From positions 1 through 21,128 of the forward strand of contig JBFXGO010000036.1 in assembly GCA_050239825.1 (NCBI GenBank): a DNA stretch of 21,128 nucleotides. Direction: 5' to 3'. Numbering within the stretch: position 1 is the stretch's first letter; each line of letters opens with the position of its first letter. Position numbers and translations under genes: made by a program. Origin of the DNA: a bacterium (GTDB lineage: Bacteria; Hydrothermota; 32-111). Under the pieces are notes generated by a model. That model ran no database searches, was not told the origin of the DNA, and saw nothing but the letters and a program-made list of their open reading frames with translations. Shown here one piece after another: positions 1-7,796 of this stretch.

Positions 1-1010
1 CGCCGCTTAATCAAGATGGGATGTTGTGGGGACACACCGTAGGAATGTCCCCAAACCACTTGATGGGCGTCTGCGCGGAGCGTCCTCGCCGACTTGTAGC
101 TTTCACTTTCAATAAGTTATTTAATTGTTTAAATCTTCACAAAGCATTGGCTGGGGTGTAATGGAGTCTGCGACTCCATGATAGACGCCTCGGGTTGCAC
201 CAGAACTTTGTGAAGATTATTGTAAAGACAAAATCTTACTCAGCAGTATATTGAATGTTAACTGTACTGCAATTTTTCTTCGGAACTGTAAAGACAAGTC
301 ATTTATTCAACTCCCCGTATTATGCGCAAGGCACATGGCTCACGGCTGATTTGGGGGGCTGCTGGCGGGCTTAGCGTCGGCTCGCACACTCCGCTTCGCC
401 GCTTAATCAAGATGGGTTAGCATAGCAAGGGGAGAACCACTTGATGGGCGTCTGCGCGGAGCGTCCTCGCCGACTTGTAGCTTACACTCTCAATAAGTTA
501 TTTAATTGCCTGTTGCAGTGGGGACACACCGAAGGAATGTCCCCACATTGGCGAGGGTGTAATGGACGCGAGCGTCCATGATAGAAAAAACGGGTTGTAC
601 CAGAAGTTTTAGAAGATTACTGAAAAGACAAAATCTTACTCAGCAGTATATTGAGTGTTAACTGTACTGCAATTTTTCTTCGGAACTGTAAAGCCAAGTC
701 ATTTTCTCAACTCCCCGTATTAAGCTCAAGGCACAAGGCACACGGCTCACGGCTGACTTGAGGGGCTGCTGGCGGGCTTAGCGTCGGCTCACACACTCCG
801 CTTCGCCGCTTAATCAAGATGGGAAAGCGTAGCAAGGGGACGACCACTTGATGGGCGTCTGCGCGGAGCGTCCTCGCCGACTTGAAGCTTACACTTTCAA
901 TAAGAATTGACTTGCTTGTCCTCGGAAAAACATTGAATAGCAGTGCGGAGATGCACTGGAATTTTTCCTCGGAACTGTAAAGACAAGTCATTTACTCAGC
1001 TCCCCGTATT
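1..1010. repeat. Tandem array of imperfect, highly structured ~290-400 bp repeat units (about <1-321, 322-721, 722-1010); candidate ncRNA array or MITE/REP-like composite element
   Basis: CGCCGCTTAATCAAGATGGG recurs at 1, 397 and 804. ACCACTTGATGGGCGTCTGCGCGGAGCGTCCTCGCCGACTTG occurs three times. CTCCCCGTATT occurs at 311, 711 and 1000. Many inverted repeats, no credible ORF. Runs off the left edge of the window. Confidence 0.9.
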
Positions 1011-1019
1011 GTGTTTTGA

Positions 1020-1096
1020 CTTTTACAATCTTTTACCTTTTACCTTTTACCTTTCTTTACTTAGTATCATTTGCCTTTATCCTTTTACACTTTTAC
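1020..1096. repeat. Short tandem heptamer repeats (CTTTTAC)n
   Basis: CTTTTAC at 1020, 1030, 1037, 1044, 1082 and 1090, plus degenerate copies. Confidence 0.7.
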
Positions 1097-1117
1097 ATTC
1101 TTTCTATATCTATTATA

Positions 1118-1146
1118 TTGACTTTACTTTAAATATAATATAAAAT
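1118..1146 (+). promoter_or_regulatory. Sigma70-type promoter for the gcvPB operon
   Basis: TTGACT (1118-1123), 17 bp spacer, TAAAAT (1141-1146); RBS AAGGAG at 1163-1168 before ATG 1174. Confidence 0.65.
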
Positions 1147-1157
1147 AACTAGTTATT
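1144..1157. promoter_or_regulatory. Perfect 14-bp palindrome AATAACTAGTTATT over the -10/+1 region; possible operator
   Basis: Exact self-complementary sequence overlapping the predicted -10 box; it is AT-rich, so it could be chance. Confidence 0.35.
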
Positions 1158-1173
1158 AAATTAAGGAGTTTTT

Positions 1174-2628
1174 ATGTACGATAAACTTGTTTTTGAATTG
1201 TCTGATTCAAATAAGAATACGGTATCAATCCCTGAAAACAACTACAACATCAAATTGGAATCCTGCATATCTTCAAAAAACAGAAGAGAAAACGATGCTG
1301 ATATTCCAACAGTGAGCGAGATTGACATATTGCGCCACTTTGTGCTTCTATCCTATAAGAATCATCACCTTCAGAAGGGTTTCTATCCTTTAGGTTCATG
1401 CACAATGAAATATAATCCTGTTATAAATGAGGATATATCATCAAACCCGAAGGTGACAAAAATTCATCCCTATCAGGATATTGAGGATGTACAGGGAATG
1501 CTTAAAATAATGCATGAGCTTCAGTATATGATTCTTGAAATTACAGGATTCGATGCCATGTCACTTCAGCCTGTCGCCGGCGCGCATGGCGAATTTGCAG
1601 GCATGATGATAATGAGCGATTATTTCAAAAGTAAAAATGAGAAGCGCACAAAGATTCTTATTCCGGATTCCGCTCATGGAACAAATCCTGCATCCTGCAC
1701 TTTGGCCGGATTCAAATCAATTCAGATAAAATCAAATGCAAACGGTGAAATAGACCTTGAAGACCTTGATAAAAACATGGATTCCGAAACTGCCGGCATA
1801 ATGATAACAAATCCAAACACACTCGGCATATTTGAAACGCAGATAGAAAAAATCCGGGAAATAGTACATTCGAGGGGCGGTTTGATATACATGGACGGAG
1901 CAAATCTTAATGCGATAATGGGTATAGTGAAACCCGGAGAAATAGGATACGACATTCTTCACATAAATCTACATAAGACATTTTCCACTCCTCACGGAGG
2001 AGGAGGACCCGGAGCAGGCGGAGTCTGCGTCGTGAAGAAACTTTCCGATTTTCTTCCTCCCTTTATAGTGAAAGAAAACAAAAACAGGTATTCTCTTGAT
2101 TATCCAGTGAAATCAATAGGAGCCCTGCACTCATTCTACGGAAATGTCAACATAATGGTTCGTGCATGGGCATATATAAAAATTATGGGAAACGAGGGCA
2201 TAAAGGAAGCAACAAGGATGGCGATTGTAAACGCCAATTACATAAAGTCAAAACTGCGCGGAGTATACGACCTTCCCTATGACAACCCGACTCTCCATGA
2301 AGCAGTGTTCAGCGGAAGAATGCATAAAAAAGAGTATGGTGTCTCAACTCTTGATATAGCGAAACGGCTTCTTGATTACGGATTTCATGCTCCGACGATT
2401 TATTTCCCACTCATAGTATCGGAGGCGATAATGATTGAACCCACTGAAACAGAGACCAAGGAGACTTTAGATATTTTCATAGAGGCGATGAAGAAGATAA
2501 GTGAGGAGGCAAAGACAAATCCGGAACTTCTAAGGAATGCCCCTTCATCAACTCCTGTAACCCGTCTCGATGACATAAAGGCAATGAAGGATATGAATGT
2601 AAACTGGTACGGAGAGAAGCATGCTTGA
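1174..2628 (+). CDS. gcvPB: Glycine dehydrogenase (decarboxylating) subunit 2, glycine cleavage P-protein beta chain
   Basis: Motifs FYPLGSCTMKYNP, QPVAGAHGE, PDSAHGTNPAS, TNPNTLG, PLP-lysine motif HINLHKTFSTPHGGGGPG, DIAKRLLDYGFHAPT, MIEPTETE; 484 aa is typical of the split beta subunit. Confidence 0.97.
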   Translation: MYDKLVFELSDSNKNTVSIPENNYNIKLESCISSKNRRENDADIPTVSEIDILRHFVLLSYKNHHLQKGFYPLGSCTMKYNPVINEDISSNPKVTKIHPYQDIEDVQGMLKIMHELQYMILEITGFDAMSLQPVAGAHGEFAGMMIMSDYFKSKNEKRTKILIPDSAHGTNPASCTLAGFKSIQIKSNANGEIDLEDLDKNMDSETAGIMITNPNTLGIFETQIEKIREIVHSRGGLIYMDGANLNAIMGIVKPGEIGYDILHINLHKTFSTPHGGGGPGAGGVCVVKKLSDFLPPFIVKENKNRYSLDYPVKSIGALHSFYGNVNIMVRAWAYIKIMGNEGIKEATRMAIVNANYIKSKLRGVYDLPYDNPTLHEAVFSGRMHKKEYGVSTLDIAKRLLDYGFHAPTIYFPLIVSEAIMIEPTETETKETLDIFIEAMKKISEEAKTNPELLRNAPSSTPVTRLDDIKAMKDMNVNWYGEKHA

Positions 2629-2968
2629 CAATTTCACTCCTGTCACATATACAGAGATAACCGAAGAGAGAAAGAAAGAGATTTTGCTGAAAATTGCAAA
2701 AAATATTGTGGCGCGCGGTTTAACTACTCCGGCTATAATGTTTCTCGAATCTGTCAAGCCGATGAATTTTGTGGGAGCACAGGTTATGATATTTTTTGAA
2801 CCGATTATACTGACTTTTTTTAATATAAAAGAGTACAGGGAAGCGGCGCTGATGTTTGAGGAGAGAGGCACTGTGGAGAAACTTATAAATGAAATAGAAA
2901 ATGCGGAAAACGAAACAAAGAAAGAAAAAATTAAGGATAAAGAGAAATCTGTTAAGGAGGATAAATGA
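2621..2968 (+). CDS. Small hypothetical protein (115 aa), overlapping both gcvPB and the GlmL-like gene
   Basis: RBS GGAGAG; overlaps the gcvPB stop and has an ATGA overlap with the next gene; helical core PAIMFLESVKPMNFVGAQ. Confidence 0.8.
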   Translation: MLDNFTPVTYTEITEERKKEILLKIAKNIVARGLTTPAIMFLESVKPMNFVGAQVMIFFEPIILTFFNIKEYREAALMFEERGTVEKLINEIENAENETKKEKIKDKEKSVKEDK

Positions 2969-4758
2969 AAGAAAAGAACCTAATTACAAGGATTCTCGCA
3001 ACAGATTGCGGAAGCACTACGACGAAAGCAATCTTGATTGAGAAGCGCGACAATGAGTATAGACTGATAGTCAGAGGCGAGGCTCCTACGACTGTTGAGG
3101 CTCCATACGAAGATGTAACCAAGGGCGTTCTCAACGCGATAAAAGAGGTTGAAGAGCTTGCTGAGATAAAAATTCTCAATGGAGATGATATAATCAAAAG
3201 GGAAAAGAATGAAGGCGACGGAGTGGACATATATATTTCTACTTCATCAGCAGGAGGCGGGCTTCAGATGATGGTTGCCGGAGTTGTTGACAAGATGTCT
3301 GCGGAATCAGCCGCAAGAGCGGCTCTCGGCGCAGGTTCCATAGTTATGGATGTTGTCGCAACCAATGATAAAAGGCTCGACCATGAGAGAATCAAGAGAA
3401 TTAGAACTCTCAGGCCTGACATGATACTTTTATCCGGAGGCACTGACGGAGGCACAATAACCCATGTGGTGCAGTTGGCTGAGATAATCGAGGCGGCTGA
3501 CCCCAAGCCGAGATTCGGCGCAGGATACAAACTGCCCGTTATCTATGCCGGCAACAAGGATGCGGCAGGAGAGGTCGCAAAAAGACTGGACAAGAAAACA
3601 GCTCTCTATGTTGTTGACAATCTTAGGCCGACTCTTGAAAGAGAAAATCTGCAACCTGCAAGAGACAAAATACATGATTTGTTTATGGAGCATGTAATGG
3701 CACAGGCACCCGGATATAAAAAACTTATGGATATGACTGATGTGCCGATTATGCCCACACCCGGAGCTGTAGGGCTTCTTATCGAGGCAATCGGAAATAG
3801 AGACCATATAGAGGTTTTGGGAGTAGATATCGGCGGCGCCACAACGGATGTCTTTTCATTCTTCAAAAAGACATTTAACAGGACAGTCTCCGCAAATCTC
3901 GGAATGAGCTATTCAATATCAAATGTTGTGAAAGAGGCGGGTCTCAAGAATATTATGAGGTGGGTGCCGTTCGAAATGGATGAAAAAGATCTGAGGAACA
4001 GAATAAGAAATAAGATGATAAGGCCCACGACAGTTCCTTCAACACTGGACGAACTTCAGATAGAGCAGGCGATATCAAGGGAGGCTTTGAGGCTTGCTCT
4101 TGAACAGCATAAGGCAATGGCGGTGGAGCTTAAGGGAGTGCAGAAGGAGAGAACAATCTCCGATGCATTTGACCAGTCATCAAGCGGAGGCACGCTTGTA
4201 AATATGCTCACTCTCAACCTTGTTGTCGGCTCCGGAGGTGTGCTGTCGCATGCTCCGAGGAGAGTGCAGTCGGCTCTTATGATGATAGACGCATTCCTGC
4301 CGGAAGGGGTCACAATGCTCACTGTCGATTCAATATTCATGATGCCGCAGCTCGGAGTTCTTTCTACTGTTCATGATCAAGCCGCCACAGAGGTCTTTGA
4401 GAAAGACTGCCTTGTAAGACTTGGGTCATGCATAGCTCCCATAGGAAACTTAAAGGAGGGACAGGAGGCGGTCACAGTCAAATTTGAAGGTCAGGAGCAT
4501 AAGGTGAACTTCGGAGATATTAAGCTTATACCGATGGAACTTGGCAAGAAAGTTAGGGCTACAATAGTTCCTGCAAAATCCCTTGATATGGGAATTGGAA
4601 AAGGAAAGGAAATTGAGGCTGATTTGGAAGGCGGAGTGGTCGGAGTAATAATAGACGCAAGAGGTCGCCGTCCATTCACTCTTCCGGATGACGAGAAGAC
4701 AAGAGTGGAAAAGCTGACAAAGTGGATTAAAGCATTAAACGTCTATCCAGAGAAATAA
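2965..4758 (+). CDS. glmL: Glutamate mutase L (GlmL/MutL-reactivase)-like ASKHA-superfamily ATPase, 597 aa
   Basis: Actin-like ATPase motifs: phosphate-1 DCGSTTTK, STSSAGGGL, LLSGGTDGG, MPTPGAV, phosphate-2 DIGGATTDVFS, RTVSANLGMSYS, adenosine GSGGVLSHAP; RBS AAGGAGG. Confidence 0.85.
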   Translation: MKEKNLITRILATDCGSTTTKAILIEKRDNEYRLIVRGEAPTTVEAPYEDVTKGVLNAIKEVEELAEIKILNGDDIIKREKNEGDGVDIYISTSSAGGGLQMMVAGVVDKMSAESAARAALGAGSIVMDVVATNDKRLDHERIKRIRTLRPDMILLSGGTDGGTITHVVQLAEIIEAADPKPRFGAGYKLPVIYAGNKDAAGEVAKRLDKKTALYVVDNLRPTLERENLQPARDKIHDLFMEHVMAQAPGYKKLMDMTDVPIMPTPGAVGLLIEAIGNRDHIEVLGVDIGGATTDVFSFFKKTFNRTVSANLGMSYSISNVVKEAGLKNIMRWVPFEMDEKDLRNRIRNKMIRPTTVPSTLDELQIEQAISREALRLALEQHKAMAVELKGVQKERTISDAFDQSSSGGTLVNMLTLNLVVGSGGVLSHAPRRVQSALMMIDAFLPEGVTMLTVDSIFMMPQLGVLSTVHDQAATEVFEKDCLVRLGSCIAPIGNLKEGQEAVTVKFEGQEHKVNFGDIKLIPMELGKKVRATIVPAKSLDMGIGKGKEIEADLEGGVVGVIIDARGRRPFTLPDDEKTRVEKLTKWIKALNVYPEK

Positions 4759-4768
4759 CGGAGGAATC

Positions 4769-5890
4769 ATGGCACATTCATATACGCCGGGTTTAAAAGT
4801 AACAGAGAAAGCAATAGTGAGGAAAGAGCGCCGTCTTCCTTTAAAAGGGACTGTCTTGTCCAAAAAGGATGAGATTGTGATGGCGGACGACATTGTCGCT
4901 ACAACATCTCTTCCGGGGGATGTGGAGAGGCTCAATCTAGCAGGAAAGCTGGGAGTTCCTGCAAAAGAGGCACTTTCATTTTTAAAAGTAAAAGCAGGCG
5001 ATGCCATTAAAAAGGATGAAGTGATAGCCGAATCAAAGGGATTCTTCGGTCTCTTCAAATCAACCATACCCTCCCCGATAGACGGATTGGTAGAGTCATA
5101 CTCTGAGATAACGGGAATGCTTACTCTCAGAAAACCGCCCAAGAAGGTTGAGATAGACGCATATGTCAATGGAAAAGTCGTTGATGTGATAGAGAATGAG
5201 GGAATAATCATTGAAACTCCCGCAACATTTATACAGGGAATCTTCGGAATAGGCGGTGAAGTGAAGGGTGTCTTAAAGCTTGTTGCCCAGACTCCTGATT
5301 ATGTGCTGAAACCTCAGGATATAACTGATGAAATGAAAGGCAAGATAATAATTGGCGGTTCTCTGGTGACAAATGAAATACTCAGAGCCTGTGTCGCCAA
5401 AGGCGTTTTGGGAATAGTGGTCGGAGGAATCAATGACAAAGAATTGAAAGAATTCCTCGGAGAGGAGATAGGAGTTGCCATAACCGGACAGGAAGAGAAG
5501 GGAATAACGGTTGTAGTGACCGAAGGATTCGGACAGATGAATATGGCCAGAAAGACATACGAAATTTTGAAAAAGAATGACGGCAAAAAAGCCTCGATAA
5601 ACGGAGCAACGCAGATAAGAGCCGGAGTTCTCCGTCCTGAGGTTATAGTCACATACGATGTGAAGACGACTTTCAGCGAATCAAAGCACACGGAAATGGG
5701 AATGGACATAGGTTCGGTAGTGAGAATAATCCGTCAGCCCTTCTTCGGAGCAATAGGAAAAGTTGTCGGACTTCCGCATCAACTGCAGAAGATTGAGACA
5801 GAGGCGCATGTCAGAGTTCTTGAATTTGAATTCGAGGACGGAAAGAGAATAGTTCTGCCGAGAACCAATGTTGAGTTAATTGAAGAATAA
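4769..5890 (+). CDS. Hypothetical protein with N-terminal barrel-sandwich-hybrid (lipoyl/biotinyl-like, RnfC/NqrA N-terminus-like) motifs and a C-terminal KOW-like motif
   Basis: VKAGDAIKKDEVIAE...IPSPIDGLV resembles a hybrid motif; GSVVRIIRQPFFGAIGKVVGL resembles KOW; RBS GGAGG. Confidence 0.75.
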   Translation: MAHSYTPGLKVTEKAIVRKERRLPLKGTVLSKKDEIVMADDIVATTSLPGDVERLNLAGKLGVPAKEALSFLKVKAGDAIKKDEVIAESKGFFGLFKSTIPSPIDGLVESYSEITGMLTLRKPPKKVEIDAYVNGKVVDVIENEGIIIETPATFIQGIFGIGGEVKGVLKLVAQTPDYVLKPQDITDEMKGKIIIGGSLVTNEILRACVAKGVLGIVVGGINDKELKEFLGEEIGVAITGQEEKGITVVVTEGFGQMNMARKTYEILKKNDGKKASINGATQIRAGVLRPEVIVTYDVKTTFSESKHTEMGMDIGSVVRIIRQPFFGAIGKVVGLPHQLQKIETEAHVRVLEFEFEDGKRIVLPRTNVELIEE

Positions 5891-5904
5891 ATAAAGGAAG
5901 GTGT

Positions 5905-7110
5905 ATGAAGACAAAAATTTTCCTTCTTCTCTTTATCATCCTGCCCGTGATTGCATTTGCTCAGACAGCGGACACAACAGCAACGGATACCACAGGAATC
6001 TATGATTTTACAGCGGTGAAATCATTCACGGTCTCTGATGTCGGTTCGGATGACGGAACAGCTCTGAATGTAAAATGGGAATTTGCCGAAGATCGGCAGA
6101 CAACCGACAAATTCAGACTCTACAGGGAAACAGAGGGCGACACATGCCGACTTTCACTATCGGATTGTACGGGTGTCGGCGAATACACTGATGAGAATCT
6201 CAGCATGAATATTCCGTACAGATACTCCCTTGTGGCTCTCGATTCAATAGGCAATGAAATGAAGGGTAGCATAAGCACAGAATATATGAAGCCGAAGCCG
6301 AATTATTTCAAAAAAGATAAAATAATTCTTCTTCTTATGATTATTGTTTATATGGCTGTGATAATAATTCTTGTTGAGACAGTCAAAAAAGGAAAAGTAT
6401 TGTTTGTAAGAAAAATATCTGGACTAGATACTCTTGATGAAGCCGTGGGAAGAGCAACTGAAATGGGGCGGCCGGTTCTTTATGTTCCCGGTTCCTCCTC
6501 AATGTCGGATATTGCCACCATTGCTTCTCTCAATATTTTGGGTCCTGTCGCCAAGAAGATTGCAGAGTATGACACAAGGCTTATAGTGCCGAATCGGGAC
6601 CCGATTGTAATGACTGTCGCCAAAGAGGTTGTGAAGGAATCTTACTCTGAGGCAGGCAGACCCGATGCTTATAATGACAATGATGTCTTCTTCCTAACCG
6701 ATTCCCAGTTCGGATACGCAGCCGCCATAAGCGGCATTATGACAAGAGAAAAACCTGCAACGAATCTACTGCTCGGAATGTTTTGGGCAGAGTCCCTCAT
6801 CATGGCTGAAGCTGGAAACACTTCCGGAGCGATTCAAATAGCAGGAACTGATGCCGTAACTCAGCTTCCATTCTTCATCACTTCATGCGATTATACTATT
6901 ATCGGAGAGGAGCTCTATGCGGCAAGCGCATATCTTTCAAGAGAGCCGCTCCTGATGGGAACACTGAAGGCTCAGGATTACTTTAAAGGCATGATAATAA
7001 TATGTGTGAGTGTTTATCTGATTTTGCTGATTATATCGACAGTTGCTGGGGGGGATGTATCCTTCCTCAACAAAACGCTTGAAACAATAAGATTCATCTT
7101 CAAATCATAG
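5905..7110 (+). CDS. Membrane module 1 subunit A: signal peptide, FN3-like extracytoplasmic domain, TM, DUF6754-like domain, TM
   Basis: Signal peptide ending AFA-Q; VSDVGSDDGTALNVKW...YRYSLVA is FN3-like; RKISGLDTLDEAVGRATEMGRP and GAIQIAGT...CDYTIIGEE are shared with the paralogue at 9275; DUF6754 assignment is from recall. Confidence 0.8.
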   Translation: MKTKIFLLLFIILPVIAFAQTADTTATDTTGIYDFTAVKSFTVSDVGSDDGTALNVKWEFAEDRQTTDKFRLYRETEGDTCRLSLSDCTGVGEYTDENLSMNIPYRYSLVALDSIGNEMKGSISTEYMKPKPNYFKKDKIILLLMIIVYMAVIIILVETVKKGKVLFVRKISGLDTLDEAVGRATEMGRPVLYVPGSSSMSDIATIASLNILGPVAKKIAEYDTRLIVPNRDPIVMTVAKEVVKESYSEAGRPDAYNDNDVFFLTDSQFGYAAAISGIMTREKPATNLLLGMFWAESLIMAEAGNTSGAIQIAGTDAVTQLPFFITSCDYTIIGEELYAASAYLSREPLLMGTLKAQDYFKGMIIICVSVYLILLIISTVAGGDVSFLNKTLETIRFIFKS

Positions 7111-7118
7111 GAGAGAAT

Positions 7119-7796
7119 ATGTTCATAAGAAGAACTCTACCGCTTCTAATCGCAGGATTCTTCGGAATAGCTTGCATCATCCAGTTCTTTGTTCCGCATC
7201 CTGCTTCACGAACATTTTACAATATGGTTCTTGACTGGATGATAATCGTCACTGCATTCACATATCTGATGGCAGTCCAGTCAACAGTCGAACTCCACAC
7301 GACAAAGATAAAGAGAAGAGTCGAAGGATGGCAGTATTCGCTTGTTGTGTTGATTTCTCTTGCCATTACGGCCTTTATAGGGATTTTAGGAGGCGCATTT
7401 GTCCCTTCAACTCTGCTTATGAAGCTCATACCGGCATTCAAACCTTCAAGCACATCTCCTCTGATGTACACATATCTTTATATGCAGGTTCCAATGCAGT
7501 CAACCATATTCTCGCTTCTGGCATTCTATATGGCATCCGCCGCGTTTCGTTCATTCAAAGCAAGAAGTTTTGACGCGACAATGCTTCTCTTAACAGCGGC
7601 GATTGTCACCATAGGAAGAGTGCCTTTGGGAGAATTCATCTACAAAGGGTTTCCCGAAGTGGTTGAATGGATTTTGAAGTATCCCAATATGGCGGCTCAG
7701 AGAGGAATACTTATTGGAGTTGAGCTGGGAATAATCGCCACCTCTCTCAAAATAATACTTGGAATTGAAAGAAAATACTTGGGAGGCGGAAAATGA
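7119..7796 (+). CDS. Membrane module 1 subunit B: ~6-TM integral membrane protein
   Basis: Multiple hydrophobic segments; PMQSTIFSLLAFYMASAAFRSF and LGIERKYL are shared with the paralogue at 10583. Confidence 0.85.
   Translation: MFIRRTLPLLIAGFFGIACIIQFFVPHPASRTFYNMVLDWMIIVTAFTYLMAVQSTVELHTTKIKRRVEGWQYSLVVLISLAITAFIGILGGAFVPSTLLMKLIPAFKPSSTSPLMYTYLYMQVPMQSTIFSLLAFYMASAAFRSFKARSFDATMLLLTAAIVTIGRVPLGEFIYKGFPEVVEWILKYPNMAAQRGILIGVELGIIATSLKIILGIERKYLGGGK

Noticed and set aside
518..546. Glycine riboswitch upstream of gcvPB (CACCGAAGGA resembles part of the aptamer)
   Set aside because: The other conserved aptamer elements (GGAGA...CTCTCAGG) are absent, the motif is inside a perfect hairpin, and it lies about 570 bp upstream of the predicted promoter
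1..1010. CRISPR array, tmRNA or RNase P RNA
   Set aside because: The period is ~400 bp with no unique spacers and no cas genes; there is no GAGGAAAGTCC RNase P core and no tRNA-like T-arm/CCA end; multiple tandem copies are not expected for these RNAs
707..1143. ORFs 707-991 (-) and 943-1143 (+)
   Set aside because: They are translations of the repeat array and the CTTTTAC tract, with no RBS and no protein-like features
2965..4758. DNA mismatch repair MutL, or a complete glutamate mutase pathway
   Set aside because: The motifs are ASKHA-type, not GHKL; no mutase S or E subunit is present in the window
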